DNA of 64,000 bases from Mobula hypostoma (lineage: Eukaryota). Positions within the stretch are counted from its first letter, which is position 1, and the number at the start of each line of letters is the position of its first letter. The notes under the pieces are model-generated. The model ran no database searches, had not been told where the DNA came from, and saw only the letters and a program-made list of their open reading frames with translations. The DNA lies in NCBI RefSeq assembly GCF_963921235.1, contig NC_086097.1, positions 159,094,001 through 159,158,000 on the forward strand, written 5' to 3'. This document shows, piece by piece, positions 11,931-26,065 of the stretch. The position numbers and the translations under genes are program-made.

Positions 11931-13234
11931 ACAAACACAATCAGCAGAGAAACTTACACCAAAACTTGGATTAAAACACAAGAAATTATTATAGTTAAGA
12001 ATTCATATTACTTAAAACTAAATGGACAAAAATTAAGTGTACAATGAACTCAAAGTGGACCACCTAATAAAAGCTGAAAGTCAAGGCAGAGGAACTAGAA
12101 TCAGAATCAGGTTTCATATGGCATGGAATTTGTTGTTTCATGGCAACAGTAAAGTGTACAAAACCATAAGAAGTCTAATCAGACTGTACAGTCAGTGAGC
12201 TATGTGACTTGCAATGGGCATGACTTAGCTTGCTGCAGTTCTCCCACACTGAGAAACTAGATCTTAGATTCTGTGCAACAGACCCAACATAATACTAATC
12301 TTTGTATCTGTCACATGTTCGTTAAGGTTAACTAACAGTTATGAGATTCAAATGTTCTTCAAAGATACAAGAACATCCAAGATTTGAAAGAAAACACTGC
12401 ATTTTCCGACTCTGCCCTAGAAATTTGGACAATTAGCAATAACTGTATTTAGCTGTTACTTGTGGGTGGACAATGTACAGATCATCCATATGTTGTGCCA
12501 TGTGTGAAAGGGCAAGGCTATTGTCTGTGTCATGAGTTAACACAAGGCTCACCACCTGTCTTCAAATCCTGATCGCACCAGGATACTCCATTGGACCATG
12601 GCATGATTGTGGTAATCTTGTGTGAGGTCAACAAAAAATTATTGAATGCCTTTTAGCCTTAACACCAAATGTCATACAAGTAAGCATGACACCAAACAAA
12701 TCAATTTGTAATCGTTGGCTGCAGATATACAACAGGACTGTCTGCTTCAATAATTTCTCAAGAGCAACCTTGACATTTGTTCCAATCCAGGTTGTAGAGT
12801 GAGAATGCCATCTTCTTTTGATCAGAGTGAAATAGCAATTTCTTAAAATATAAAAAAAATCATGTTTTTTTGCAAATTGGGCAAACAGTATTACCCCAAT
12901 ATGCTGCTACGATGAAATGATATGCAAGGATGGCATGCAAACAAAATTTTCTCTGTACCTCAGTACATGACAATATTAAACTAAGTTACCAGTTGAATGT
13001 TTCCAACAAATACAGTGCATGCACCTGTTCAACAGTTTTGATAAGGTGAAGTGGCACTGAATGAAACAGGCGTGTACACGGACACACCAAGGGCTGAGAT
13101 CCATGAAGGATGTTGAACTGTGCTCTCCCATTCTGTACCAAGTTTCACAATATAGTTTCCATACACAAAATAATGACCCACACCTGTTCCAGCAGCACTG
13201 TACCTCTGCTTTAAGAGACAAACTTTAAGCAGGA

Positions 13235-13485
13235 AGGCATGGTATGTAGTAAAACACTATTGAAGTGCCAGTGACCCATATTCAGTTCAACCACTGTCTG
13301 TAAGGAGTTTGTACATTCTCCCCTTGACAGCATTGGTTTCCTTTGGGTGCTGCAGTTTCCTCCCACATTCCAAAGGCTTACAGGTTAATAGGTAACATGA
13401 ATGTAACCAGGTGGTGTGGGCTCTTTGGGCTACTGGGCTGAAAGGGCCTGTTACCATGACGTGTCATACAAATAAAAAAATAAAA
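13235..13485 (+). mobile_element. V-SINE / HE1-like tRNA SINE
   Basis: V core GGTTTCCTTTGGGTGCTGCAGTTTCCTCCCAC, CR1-like GGGCTGAAAGGGCCTG tail, A-rich end. Confidence 0.7.
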
Positions 13486-14150
13486 AGACTAGTGCTCCCT
13501 GCAGCAAATCATTCACAATATTGACCTTCTGCTGTTGTGCAAGGCAAATCAAAAGCACAGTTATTGTTGCTGGTTGTGAAAATCATTGTTGTGAGTAGGC
13601 AGTTAGCCATGTTTTGGCAGTACTTGAATTTAGAGCCTTTATTTTCTGCCACCAATAAATTTAAAATGCTTTGAAGATTCTTTGTTTTGTAGCCTTTTAC
13701 ATGACATTTATAAGTTGTAGAGCCACTTAAATGAAAGCCTTTCAGTTCATACTTTGAGGTTGATGTGTGCCTATCTTCACTGGAATACACTGGGGAAATG
13801 TATCTTTTTTACTCACACTATGTTTTTGTTTATCTGTATCATGAAGTGAAAGATTCATACTGATTTGTCAATATTCTGTTAGCATTAACACTTTGCTTGA
13901 TTCCAAAGTCTTTTGATGATATCACGGTTTCTTTACAATTATCAGAACAAAATGACTATGAACCACTGTTCAAAAAATGCCTGAAATTCCCTTGTGCCTT
14001 TCTGCTTCCTTATTCATCCATCCAGCTCATAAGAAAAATGAAATGAATACAGAAAATACTGGAGATACTCAGCAGGTTGGCTGCCACCTGCAGAAGGAAA
14101 AACAGAGTTAGTATTTTAGGTCAATGACTTCCCATCAGAACATGACTCAA

Positions 14151-15196
14151 TTTGTTCAAGGTCAAGGTTATTGTCAAAGGCATACATACACTGGGTGTAC
14201 AGTAAATACCATGAAAATTAGTTTTTTTTGCAGCAGCACACTATATTACAAAACAAGGAGTTAAAACATAAATTAATATAAATTACACATGACTTGCATT
14301 AGTGCAAAATAACAATGAAGCTGCTGCAAGATTGAGAGAGAGAGAGAAATAGTCCAAGGTTAACGTCAAAGTTTTTTATGTCAGTTCAAGAATCTGGTGG
14401 CAGAGGGGAAATAGCTGTTGTTCAACCTTGAAGTATGAGTCTTCAGGCTCCTGTACCACCTGCTTGATGGCAGCATTGAGAAGAGGGTATGGGCTGCATT
14501 GTTAATGATCGTGAATGATGGATCTTGCTGTCCAGGATGCTGTCCAAGTTGCATGCCATCTTGGACAATGTCTCCCATCCACTACATAATGTACTGGTTG
14601 GGCACAGGAGTACATTCAGCCAGAGACTCATTCCACCGAGATGCAACACAAAGCGTCATAGGAGATCATTCCTGCCTGTGGCCATCAAACTTTACAACTC
14701 CTCCCCTGGAGGGTCAGACACCCTGAGCCAATAGGCTGATCCTGGACTTATTTCCTGGCATAATTTACATATTACTATTTAACTATTATGGTTTTATTAC
14801 TATTTAATTATTTATGGTGCAACTGTAACAAAAACCAATTTCCCCCGGGATCAATAAAGTATGACTATGACTATCTTGCCATCCTGAGACATCCTCTCTT
14901 GTAGATGTCCTTGATGTTAGGAGGGGATGTAACCGTCATGGAACTGGCTAAGTCCACCACTCTCTGTAACCTCTTGTGTTCCTGTGTATTGGAGTATTCA
15001 GGCTAGGTTGAGATGCAACTGGACACAATGCTTTCCACTGTACATCTATAGAAGTTTGTTAGTCTTCCATTCCATGTCAAATCTCCTTAATCTTCTAAGA
15101 AGGTAGAGACATTGGTTGCTCATTCTTTATAGTTGAAACTATCTGCTGGCCCAGGAGAAGTCCTACGAGATACTAACATCAAGGAACTTGAAGCTG
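14151..15196 (-). mobile_element. Older Rex1/Babar-type LINE 3' part
   Basis: HTLFSMLPSSRWYRSLKTHTSRLNNSYFPSATRFLN C-terminus; flanked by ACATGACTCAA / ACATGATTCAA. Confidence 0.75.
14529..14872 (+). mobile_element. Young Rex1-type LINE 3' end with (ACTATG)n tail
   Basis: SHPLHNVL..RRSFLPVAIKLYN, AATAAAGTATGACTATGACT tail, 7-bp TSD ATCTTGC. Confidence 0.85.
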
Positions 15197-17224
15197 ACAT
15201 GATTCAAATCTGAGGGAAGTTCATTGACATGGAGTCCTGTCTCTCTCTGCACAGTCACTGGCTGACCTTCTGGGAATTTGCAATTTATCCTATATTTGTG
15301 TCAGATTTCCAGCATCTACAGCTTCTTTCTACATTTATGTTGAATGAAATGTTAAGGACAAAGAGAAAACAAATGAAGTGTTAAGGACAAAAAGAAAGCA
15401 AATGGATTTTGAAGCTTCTTCGATTTGTATAAACCAAGACTTCATTCTGATTCTGATCTATCAATAGGGAAATCTGATCTAAGCTAACAAACTGGTTTCA
15501 AAATGGGCATTAGGGCACTGAGATCCATTCAGCCTTCATGTTTTGTTCAATAGTTATTACACTTCAACTATCAGGCTCCTGAAATAACGTGAATTCCTTT
15601 ACTTACCATAACACTGAACTGATTCCATAACCTATGAAGTCATTTTCAAAGACTCTATAACTCACGTTCTCAAAATACATTATTTATTTATTTACTTATT
15701 TTAATTGTTTTTTTAGCCTTTGTTGTATTTGCACATACATTTCTTTTGCAAATTGGTTGTTTTTCAGTCCTTGCTTGTGCGTAGGTTTTCATTGATTCCA
15801 TTGTTTTCCTTTGTTCTACTGTGAATGCCTGCAAGAAAATTAATCTCATATGCTCTTTGGTAATTAATTTACTTTGATCTTAGAATGTTTGAACACTGGG
15901 ATCAAGAGACAGTGGAATCACCTTTAATGTGCAATGAAGGGTTGCAAAAGAAATCAGTGAAAATGGAAACATGGCATAAAATATGTTAAACTAAGACTGG
16001 AAATGGACTTGTTCAGAATAAAATGTTGCATAATTTACCATCAACTTAAAGGGAATGTACAGATATTAGACTTTTTTTTTCAAATCATGCAATCATTTTG
16101 TAGCCTATTTAGGATAAAGATTACAACTTCTTCAGAGGAAGCTGGGCTCACAGCAGGCAATTGTTAGGATAAAAAATTGCCGATGGTTCAGGAGTCTTGC
16201 AAGAAACAAGTGTCAGAAGTAGCAGCACTCTGGATAGAATGAAAGCTTCACTGCTTTGATGTGATATCCTGCCGCTATGATGAAAAGAATCCCTTTGCCA
16301 GCCTATTTAAAAATGAAAGGAAAGAGCAAACATGAGAGGCAGTTTAAACTCACTTTGAGTGCAGATTTAGAACATATGCACGGACATATTTAGCTGATAT
16401 CACTTGACAAGCAATTTTAATAGATCAGAGCTTTACTTTCTGAAGAAATTAAATGGTAAACCAGAACAATATATTTTGTCTCTTTTTCTTTTGGCTGAAT
16501 GGCTGAATAGTAAATGGGCACAGGAAGCACTGTGGGTGGGAGGAAGGTTCTACAAGGGATAGAGGAGTTTTTCTCACTCTATATCAAGACTGAGAAAGAG
16601 AGTAGACAAAACTCTGCCAGGTAGAATTCTGTTTGGAGATTTGTATAATGTGAATCTGTGAACTGCAGATCAGAATACATTCTGAATGAAGAGGGATTAG
16701 AAACTGAAAAAGGGGTGGAAAGGTTTTGAATCTGTATGTTAAGAAGACGTTATAAAGAATTGTACTGATGCTAAGAATCACAAAGGCTGTTGAGTTGTAT
16801 CTCAAGGTAAAAAGCACTATTAAAAAAGGTGGTGATTTCAATATTCATATTAATGATCTCTAAAAAGTTATGTTGTGGGTATACTGAGGTTTAGTAGGAC
16901 TCTATTTAGAGCACTGCATTCAAGTTTGGACACGGCACCTAACACGCAAAGTATTAGCTTTGAGGGTATTCTGTAAGTCTAATACCACCAAAGCGACATC
17001 AAGGCTGAAGTGTTAAATCCTGTGATTAGATTTCATGAAGGACAGCTGTAATCCAAAGGTTGCAGAAGTCTTAAGGAGAGCTAGTTGAAATATTTTAAAT
17101 GAAAAGGGGATTCAATTTTCTTTAATTTGTGAGAGGTGAGCTTTTTCATAATACTGTCTCTTAATTACAACAAAATGTTACTATTGAAATGAATTCCTCT
17201 GTTGGGAGAATCTAATAGATGTAG

Positions 17225-17745
17225 CACTGAGGCTTTGGTCAGACTGTGCTTGAAGTATCTTGAGCAGTTTTATGTAAGAAAGGACCTGCTAGCATTGGAG
17301 AGGATCCAAAGGATGTTCACAAGAATGAGCCTGGAAATGAAAGAGTTAATGTATGAGGAGTGTTTTATGGTGCTAGAGTTTAGAAGAATGAGGGAATCTT
17401 ATTGAAACCTATTTGATTATTAAAAGGCTTAGGTAAACTGGATGTGGAGAGGATGCTTTCTACAGTGTGAGAGTCTAGGACCAGAGGGCACTGCCTCAGA
17501 ATAGAAGGATGACCATTTAGAACAGAAATGAAAAGGAATTTCTTTAGCCAGGGGCTGGTGAATCTGTAGATGGCTATGGAGGCCAAGTCATTGAGTACAT
17601 TTAAAATGGATGATGATCGGTTCTTGATTAGTAAGGGCATCAAAGATTACAGGCAGAAGGCAGGAGAATTCAGTTGAGAGGCTCGATAATAAATCAGCCA
17701 TGATTGAATGTTGGAACAGGCTTGATCAGTCAAATGGTCTAGAAC
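17225..17745 (+). mobile_element. CR1 3' fragment
   Basis: ALVRLCLKY..LERIQRMFTRM..LEFRRMR. Confidence 0.75.
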
Positions 17746-17939
17746 ATATGAACAAGGTACTGGTATTATTGTCTGGAAAGTTTTAAAAAAGGTACATTTA
17801 GCACAAAAGGTAATGTAAATCTGGAATCTATTTATCTAAAAGATTAAAGTTTCAGGGCCAATTAAATTATTAAGGTTGAAACTGATATTGTTATTTATTA
17901 ATGATATCAACAATAACTTAACAACTCAGTGGGATGCAG

Positions 17940-20900
17940 CTGAGAAACATAGCATCTGCTGGTGCCCCTTCAATCAGTGTAACTTGTAATTCAACCAGAA
18001 TCTTTCCGTTGTCACTGGAAGGGCTCCAGATTGCACTATCCTACTAAAGGTGTTAACAGAAATAACCTTCTACTCTTAAAATCTACCGTTCCTGTTGCTC
18101 CACTCCAGACTTCTCTGTTTAAAGAAGCTATTCTAAATGTAAAATCCTTTTCAAATAAGACATTTATCTTATATGAATTCAGTACCTCTACAAACCCCGA
18201 TTTTATATTCTTAACTGAGATCTGGTTAAAGCCAAATGAATACAGCCAGTTATCTGAACTGTGACTATGATAGCTTCAGTGTACCAATACCAGTGGCCAA
18301 GATGGCGGGCTTGTCACCATGTTTACAGACCACTTGAGGTGCAATCTGCTATCTGTCAGCAATTTTTGGTGTTTAAAATTTATGGTGTGCATCTTGTCCT
18401 CTGTGTTATCAATTATCATCCTCCTAAATCCAATGCCTGCTTTCTGTCTGAATTCTCAGAATTCTTATCCTCTATTATATTGAACTACAACAGGATTGTC
18501 ATCTATGGTGATTCCAATATTCATAATAATATGTCAAATGAAAACTCTATGGCAGCTGAATTCATGAACTTGATAGACAGTCTAGATCTTACCCTGCATG
18601 TCACTGAGCCCACCCATTGACTGGAAATAAATGACAAAAGGGTTAAATATTATTAATGTCTCTATCTCTGATACCACTCTCTCTGGTCATTTTTGTGTGT
18701 TTTTTGATGTACTCCTTCCTGTAACCAAGACTACGAAAGAACTTACAGTTAAAAAACAGTTTCTCAGTGCCGTAACACATCTTAAGTTCTCTGAGCTGGC
18801 TAGTTTATCTGACTTATGTAACCCAAACTGCTCAGGAAATGAGATGGTTGATTCTTTCAACAATAACTTGATAAATATGTAAACATAGTGGCCCCACTTA
18901 TATTTAAGAAGAAATCCCTTAGTAAAACATCACTGTGGTTAAATGGTTCTGCCTGTTAGCTTGAGAGATCATGCAAAGTAGCTGAGAGCAAATGAAGAAA
19001 AAACAGGTTAGAACTCCACCATAATATTTTGAAGGAAAAATAGCCTCCTTTAACACTGATATGTACTCTGCAAGAAGAGCCCATTTTCCCAAGATTATTA
19101 CAGAGAATAGTGAAGATTCAAGAATATTGTTCTCAACTATAAACTGATGGCTGAACCTTGCCCCAACCTATAATTTCCTCAGTCAAGCATCTGACACAAA
19201 ATGTAAGAAACTCACAATATTTTTTTAAAACAGAATTATTTCCGTTAGGGAGAGTATAGCAACAGACGCTGGTAACAGCTATAGCCAATCTCATAAAAAG
19301 ATGGCAACCATGTCAGAATTTACAAGTATTTCTGAATCAGCACTCATTAAGATTGTAACAAAGAGTAAACTGTCTACTTGCTGTCTTGAACCTGTTCCTG
19401 TCCTTACCACATTTAATAGTGTTTTCGATTTTGCTAGAAAAATTATTACCACATCCTATGAAAATGGAGTTTTTCCAGATGCCTTCAAAATTATGGCTTT
19501 CAAGCCCCTGTTTAAAAAGCCAAAACCTGATAGTGAGGTACTAGCCAACTATAGGCCTATATCAAATCTTTCTTTCCTGGGCAAGGTTCTTGAGAAAGTA
19601 ATTTTCAACCAACTCATCAACTCTCTGAATGAGAACAATATTCTAGAAAAGTTCAGACTGGTTTTAGAGCAAACCACAGCACAGAAATGGCCCTTACCAA
19701 GTTTACCAGTGAGTTTAGGCTCAGCACTGATGTCAACATGGTCTCAGTTCTAATTCTCCTTTGACATGATGGATCGCAACATTCTCCTCGATCGCTTTGA
19801 GAACTTGGTTGGCCTCTATGGTACCGCCCTTAATTGGTTTCACTCATTTACCTTAGAGAGAAATCTTTTTCGTCCGTCTTGGAGACCATTTTTCTAAGAG
19901 ATACAATGTACCTTTTGGTGTTGCTCAGGGAAGCTTATACATGCTCCCCTTAGGCAACATCATTAGAGAGCGTGAAGTTGTTTATTTTTTACTATATTTC
20001 TTATTTCTTCTTATTATTATTATTTCTGTTTGTATTTTCACAATTTGTTGTCTTTTGCACACTGGTCGAACGCCCAGTTGGTGCAGTCTTTCATTGATTC
20101 TATTATGGATTTATTGAGTATGCCCACAAAAAATGAATCTCGGAGTTGTATATGGTGACATCTATGTACTTTGCTATTAGATTCGCATTGAGCTTCAAAC
20201 TTTTGATTTCCACAGTTATGCAGATTGCACATGAATGTATATGTCAGTTGAGCCTGATGACGATAACACCTTATCTTCTCTGACTTCTGGTATGGCCGCA
20301 ATAAACAAATGGATGAGCAATAATTTCCTAAAACTAATTGAAGATAAAACTAAAACACTTCTAGTTGGTCCCAAACTCCTTGATAAATTTTGGAACATGG
20401 CACCCCTTATTGCAAAGTCAGAAGAAATAAGCCTGGGTGTGATCTTTGATTCAGATTTGAATTTTAAATCCCTCCTAAAGAAAGTGACCAAAGCAGCATT
20501 TCTACACTTAAGAAATATTGTAAAAGTGCATCCATTCTTGTCACATAATGATGCTGAAAAACTCATTCACGCCTTTATAGTAAATAGACTAGATTACCAC
20601 AATGCACTTTTTACTTGCCTTCCAAAGCAATCTACTGAAAAGCTTCAACTCATTCAGAACACAGCTGCTGGACTAAAGCCAGGATGATGGACCATATCAA
20701 AATCATCCTAATTACACTGCATTGGCTCTCTGTATCTTTTAGAATTGATTTTAAAGTTCTCTTGTTTTTAAATCTCTGATTGGTCAGGGACTGGAGTGCA
20801 TTACAGAATAGCTTTTGTTTTGAGCTCCCAAGTTTTCTTCCACCAGTCTCTTAAATTCAAACAATCTCCCTCAAGAGGTCATTTTATTGAACTCGACTGC

Positions 20901-21110
20901 TAACCTGTGGAATGCAATACCTAAAACTATAAAGGATGCAGATCAGTTGACACTTTTAAACACCAGCTCGAAACCTATTTATTTAAGTTTTGCTTTTAAC
21001 TAACATCATTTTGTCTTTTATTTTTATGTTTGCACTTTATTCCATTGTAAAACACTTTGAACTACGTTATACAAAGAGTGCTCTGTATATGCTCTATAAA
21101 AAGTTATTAT
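17940..21110 (+). mobile_element. Decayed L2-clade LINE (APE endonuclease + RT), interrupted at ~19978-20205 by a Rex1-type 3' UTR
   Basis: LNVKS..FLTEIWL, YHPPK..FLSEFSEFLS..YGDSNIH, NYRPISNLSFLGKVLEKV, LIHAFIVNRLDYHNAL..LQLIQN, tail TGTAAAACACTTTGA..(TTA)n. Confidence 0.85.
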
Positions 21111-21160
21111 TACTATTATTTTTAATTTTAATTAATCCCTTATTCATTTTAATAAAACCA

Positions 21161-21562
21161 ATCAATGGCCACTTTATTAGGTACATTATTTACCCAATAA
21201 AAGAGCCACTGTGTGTACAAACACAGAACATACATTAAGGGGAAAAAGATGAAATGTGAAAGCAATCTAGCAAACAATATCAAAGTGGATAGTGAAAGAG
21301 AATTTTGTGTGTGAAAATCCCAGAAGATCAGCAGTTTATGAAATACTCAAATCACCCTGTCTGGCATGAATAATCATTCTATGGTCAAATTCACTTTGAT
21401 CACATTGCTTCCCCATGGTGATATCTGGTCAGAACAACAACGAACCCTCTTGACCATGTCTGCATGCTTTTATGCATTAAGTTGCTTCCACATGATTGGC
21501 TGATTAGATTTTGCATTAACAAGCAGGTGTGCAAGTGTACCTAATAAAGTGGCAACTGAGTG
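21161..21562. mobile_element. Non-autonomous Tc1-type MITE
   Basis: TIRs TGGCCACTTTATTAGGTACA (~21166) and TGTACCTAATAAAGTGGCAACTGAGTG (21536-21562). Confidence 0.7.
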
Positions 21563-22199
21563 TGTGTCTGTGAAGCATTCTGAGGCATTTTAATGCTAAA
21601 TATACCATGGAAATGAAAATATTTGCTGCACAATAGCAGGTTTAGGGCAAGGCACCATTCCTCTCTCCACCCCAAACTTATCCTACAGCCTTGTGCAATT
21701 TGTCAACACCAACCAGAATCAAGTCAGGTATGATTTTTGGGACAGTAAATTGTTCTTAGCACCAGATAAAATGTGGTTAGATTATCTATGATAGATCAAA
21801 ATTTTGGAGGCTCTGTGCAAAGTGTAACTGCCACTGCATTAGGTTCCTATTTTGTAATCACAGAGGAATGGCAGTGATCTGGTGGGTTAATTGATCCCAG
21901 GCAAGGTTATGGTAAGAGTGCTGTAACTGAAGTTAATTGTAAGGCCAAGAAAATGACTACTAGGAAGAAAAAACTCCCATATCTCATTGTGCTTTGGTTA
22001 GTTTAAGATGCAAAGATTTTTGCTTGGATGAAGCTGAATAACTTGGCTAGCACATGTATTAAGAATATGTAACACGATGAGCATTATAGGTATCAACGAA
22101 TGAAGAAAGAAATAAAAATAATTAAAATTTTATGCACCCTGCTTTGCTCATACGAAAGAAAACGGGAAAAAATATTTAAATGTAATTTCTGTGTTGTTA

Positions 22200-22602
22200 A
22201 TAGTCATAGTCATACTTTAGTGATCCCGGGGCAAATTGGTTTTCGTTACAGCTGCACCATAAATAATTAAATAGTAATAAAACCATAAATAATTAAATAG
22301 TAAAATATAAATTATGCCAGGAAATAAGTCCAGGACCAGCCTATTGGCTCAGGGTGTCTGACCCTCCAAGGGAGGAGTTGTAAAGTTTGATGGCCACAGA
22401 CAGGAATGACTTCCTATGACACTCTGTGTTGCATCTCAGTGGAATGAGTCTCTGGCTGAATGTACTCCTGTGCCCACCCAGTACATTATGTAGTGGATGG
22501 GAGACGTTGTCCAAGATAGCATGCAACTTGGACAGCATCCTCTTTTCAGACACCACCGTCAGAGGGTCCAGTTCCATCCCCACAACATCACTGGCCTTAC
22601 GA
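22200..22602 (-). mobile_element. Young Rex1-type LINE 3' end
   Basis: Very similar to 14529-14872; CATAGT repeats of the tail. Confidence 0.85.
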
Positions 22603-23324
22603 ATAAAGATGGTCAATGAGATTTGGAATCCTCCACAAAATGCAGATGAACAAGCAGCTTGCCCCTCACCCCAACCCCTACTGCAATTTCCCTATTCCTC
22701 GACAAATCCTTCCCCTATCACCCAGTTGGGCCAACTACTGATTTCATTTGTTAGCACAAGCATTGGATTGGAGGGTAATTTAACTGGGGCCAGATGGATA
22801 AAAGGCAAAAGGATTATTTTTTGTAATTTGTAGATTACTTCTTAAAACTGCTGGTGTCTCCTGGATAGTCTCAGCCTGTGGAAACTTTATCGTCAGAGAG
22901 TCAGCTGACGAGAGCAGCTCAAATTCAGGTGCTCCCTCTCTTTTTAGATCCAACAAATTGTGGATTTATTCCACAATTTTAATGATTAATCAGTATTTTT
23001 ACATCACAATATTGAGAGTACAATCCTGATAACTGTTAACTATTTTGTCAGATGTTAATAGCTTGTCAGGTGGAATCTGATTCTTATATCTTCCAATATA
23101 ATCTTACTTTATAGTACTATGTTTCAAGTATTCTTCACCAATCTGTTAAAAGCATGAATAAAATAGATTTTGAAAGAACCACAAACTTTGCTGAGCAGTA
23201 AGAGTCTGCTATATTCGTGTCCTTTGCTTGGCAACAATATTCAGATGATTTCTCTGGGCCATGCTGTCAGACTGCACTGGGATAGAATACGGATAACAAA
23301 GTTAATAACAATGCCCAATTAGCA

Positions 23325-23605
23325 GGGCGGCACGATGGCATAGTGGTTAGTACAACACTTTATAGTACAGGCAACCCAGGTTCAACTGCTGCTGCTGCCT
23401 GTAAGGAGTTTGTAGCCTCTTGCTGTGACCACATGGGTTTCCTCTGGGAGTTTCGGTTTCCTCCCACAGTCCAAAGATGAACCACTTGGTAGAATAATTG
23501 GTCACTGGTTAATTGTGATTAGGCTGGGATTAAAGTGGGGGATTGCTGGGTGGCATGGCTTTGGAGGGCTGAATGGCCTACTCTGCACTGTATCTAAATA
23601 AAAAA
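23325..23605 (+). mobile_element. V-SINE / HE1-like tRNA SINE
   Basis: A box TGGCATAGTGG, B box GGTTCAA, V core GGGTTTCCTCTGGGAGTTTCGGTTTCCTCCCAC, CR1-like tail. Confidence 0.8.
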
Positions 23606-25429
23606 ACTGAAATGTGATTTGTCTCTGATTGCCAATACTATTAAAATAAGTTCCCACAGTTATTAAATAGCTCAATGCTTAGTTTAATTCCTTTGGCATT
23701 GCATCAGAGATGCACAGTGTTGTTATATGTATTACACCTGCGGGCATTTTGGTTTAAAGCACTTACGATACTACAGGTAACCAAACTTCACATAGAATAT
23801 TACAGAATTCCAAACATTTCAGTACTTTCCAAGGAGAATTCGGGCTGAAGGGCCCCTTTCCATACTCTGTAACTCCATGAGTCTATGATTGTAGGTAATC
23901 ATTTTGAATTATGGAAGATGGGCTCAAAATGATCCAGCTGAGGAGAGATAACAGTACTGAATACTCTCATTGCAATAAACAGTTCAAATGCCTGTGGCAC
24001 AGAAAAAAAAACATGGAAGTGTAAAGTGATGGCAGTGGAAAATGTTGATATAGATAATGGTGATGATAAAATTACTGGATAGCCATAACATCCCATCTGC
24101 TTGGCTGATTTATTTTAGAGGAGAAGTATTATCTTTATTCAATCTAGGATCTGTGTGATCCTAAACCTCCAGCAATCTATTTGACACACACCTTCTCCCT
24201 CAAGTATTTTTGTTGATTTATGGCATGAGGGCAAGTTTAGCACTTATTGCATGTTCCATAATTTCACTTGAAAACGTAGTGGTGGCACAATGTCTTAAAG
24301 CACTGTAGTCCATCTAATGAAGGAACTCTCAAAAAGTATTGGATCTACAAGTACTAACTTCAGTTACTTCACACACAGTGAAATAAAAACCTATCATTGA
24401 TAAAGGTCAGGTAGAGTGAACTGGAAAGTATCAGATTGTTAAACATGGTTCTCATATTGCCGCAAGGAAATCTGCCATCCTTGCACAGCATTGACAGCAA
24501 TGTTTGCATCCCATGAACAAATAACTAAAAGGTCTATTGGGTGTGGAATTTTAGACTTGGCAACACTTACGTTTTTCCAGCTTTGGATTTATATGAAAGA
24601 AACTTATAGATGATTATATCCCCATGTGTCAGTTTTTTTTTGTTTGTTTTCTTTCTAAATGGTAGGAGTCAGAGGTTTGGAAAATGCTACCAAAGCCACC
24701 ACTGCAAGTAACAGTAGCACATTATCACGATGGTACACATTGAGCAATGATGTGTTGTTAGTAGCGAGAAGGAACATTTAGGATTAAGTTTTGTCCCACT
24801 GCCATTGTGCTTTTTGAGTGTTTTTCCTTCAGAAAACTGTGTTTTTGATCAAGCTTCTGACTTGCACATTGTTGATTGCTTTCGTGAATCAGAATCTGGG
24901 TCGGACGTTACAGTATATCCTGACCTGCTCTTGTAGTAATATTATTCATGTTGCTCTTCTACTTACACTTCTGAGGACCCGGGGACATGACTGGTTATGG
25001 AGTCAGCATTGGTAATGCCATTGAATGTTAGAGTACTTGTTTGGAATTAGAAATAGAATTTTGAGATTAGTTTATTACAGTGAAAATCTTGTCTTGGATA
25101 CTGTTCATACATATCTGATGGTTGCATAGCACAATGAGGTAGTACAAGGTTAAAAAGGAACAGAATGCATAATAAAGTGTAACAGCTACAGAGAGAATAC
25201 AGTTCAGGTAGACACTAAGGTAGAAGATCATAACGAGATAGATTGTGAGGTATTAGGAAACCATTTAATAGTCGTAAACAGAGGAGTAAGAACTATCCTT
25301 GAGCTTGGTGGTATGTGCTTTTAGACTTCTGTGTTTTCATACCAATGATTTTCATTGTTTTGTATTTGTTTTCCATTCATTTGCTCATATAAAATTTCTG
25401 TGTAGGTTTTGTTGAATGTGGCATTTGTT

Positions 25430-26065
25430 GCTGCAGGCAGCTGTGGAGGCCAGGTCATTGGATGTATTTAAGCCGGAGGTTGATAGATTCTTGATAAACC
25501 AGGGCACGAATGGTTACAGGGAGAAGGCAGAAGAATGGGGTTGAGAGTGAAATGGATCATCCATGATCAAATAGTGGAGCAAACTTGATGAGCCAAATGG
25601 GCTAATTCTTCTCCTATGTCTGTGGTCTTCTATATGATAGTCCCCAGTAATGGAGATGTCATATTTCACTTAATCTAATTACAGTCTCACTTACATTTGT
25701 AAGTTCCTGTGCTGCTACTCTCCTTTTATGTAAGAGACATACTTGGAGCAGTAAGTTTTTTCCCTAGGATGGGAATGTCAAATACTAGAAGGTTGTCGGG
25801 GGTGGCGTTTAAAGGAGATTTATGTGGGAAGTTTTTTTTAACACAGAGACTGGTATGTGTCTAAAATGCCCTTTCAAAGGAGGTAGTAGATGCAGACACA
25901 TTAACATTATTATCATTATTTAAAGAAACATTTAAACAGGTGGATGAACAGGCAAGGAGTTGAGGGATGTAGAACATGTGCAGTTTAAATTGGCATATTG
26001 GGCAGGAGAGACATCATAGGCTAAAGGGCCTGTTACTCTGCCATATCTTTCTAAGTTCTATGTTC
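25430..26065 (+). mobile_element. Two adjacent CR1 3' fragments
   Basis: GTGGAGGCCAGGTCATTGG..CTCCTATGTC and ACACAGAGACTGG..AAGGGCCTG..TTCTATGTTC. Confidence 0.65.

Larger units (their letters stand above)
14050..15325. mobile_element. Penelope-derived hairpin element split by a Rex1-type insertion
   Basis: Left arm 14050-14140 (AAATACTGGAGATACTCAGCAGG); right arm 15205-15325 ending GATTTCCAGCATCT. Confidence 0.55.

Noticed and set aside
16130..16340. Strong minus-strand polypyrimidine acceptor
   Set aside because: All three frames reach a stop with no recognisable protein or clear donor.
22905..22930. CTGACGA-GAGCAGCTC-AAA hammerhead-like string
   Set aside because: It lacks the G of GAAA and a convincing helix I/III, and has no pLTR context.
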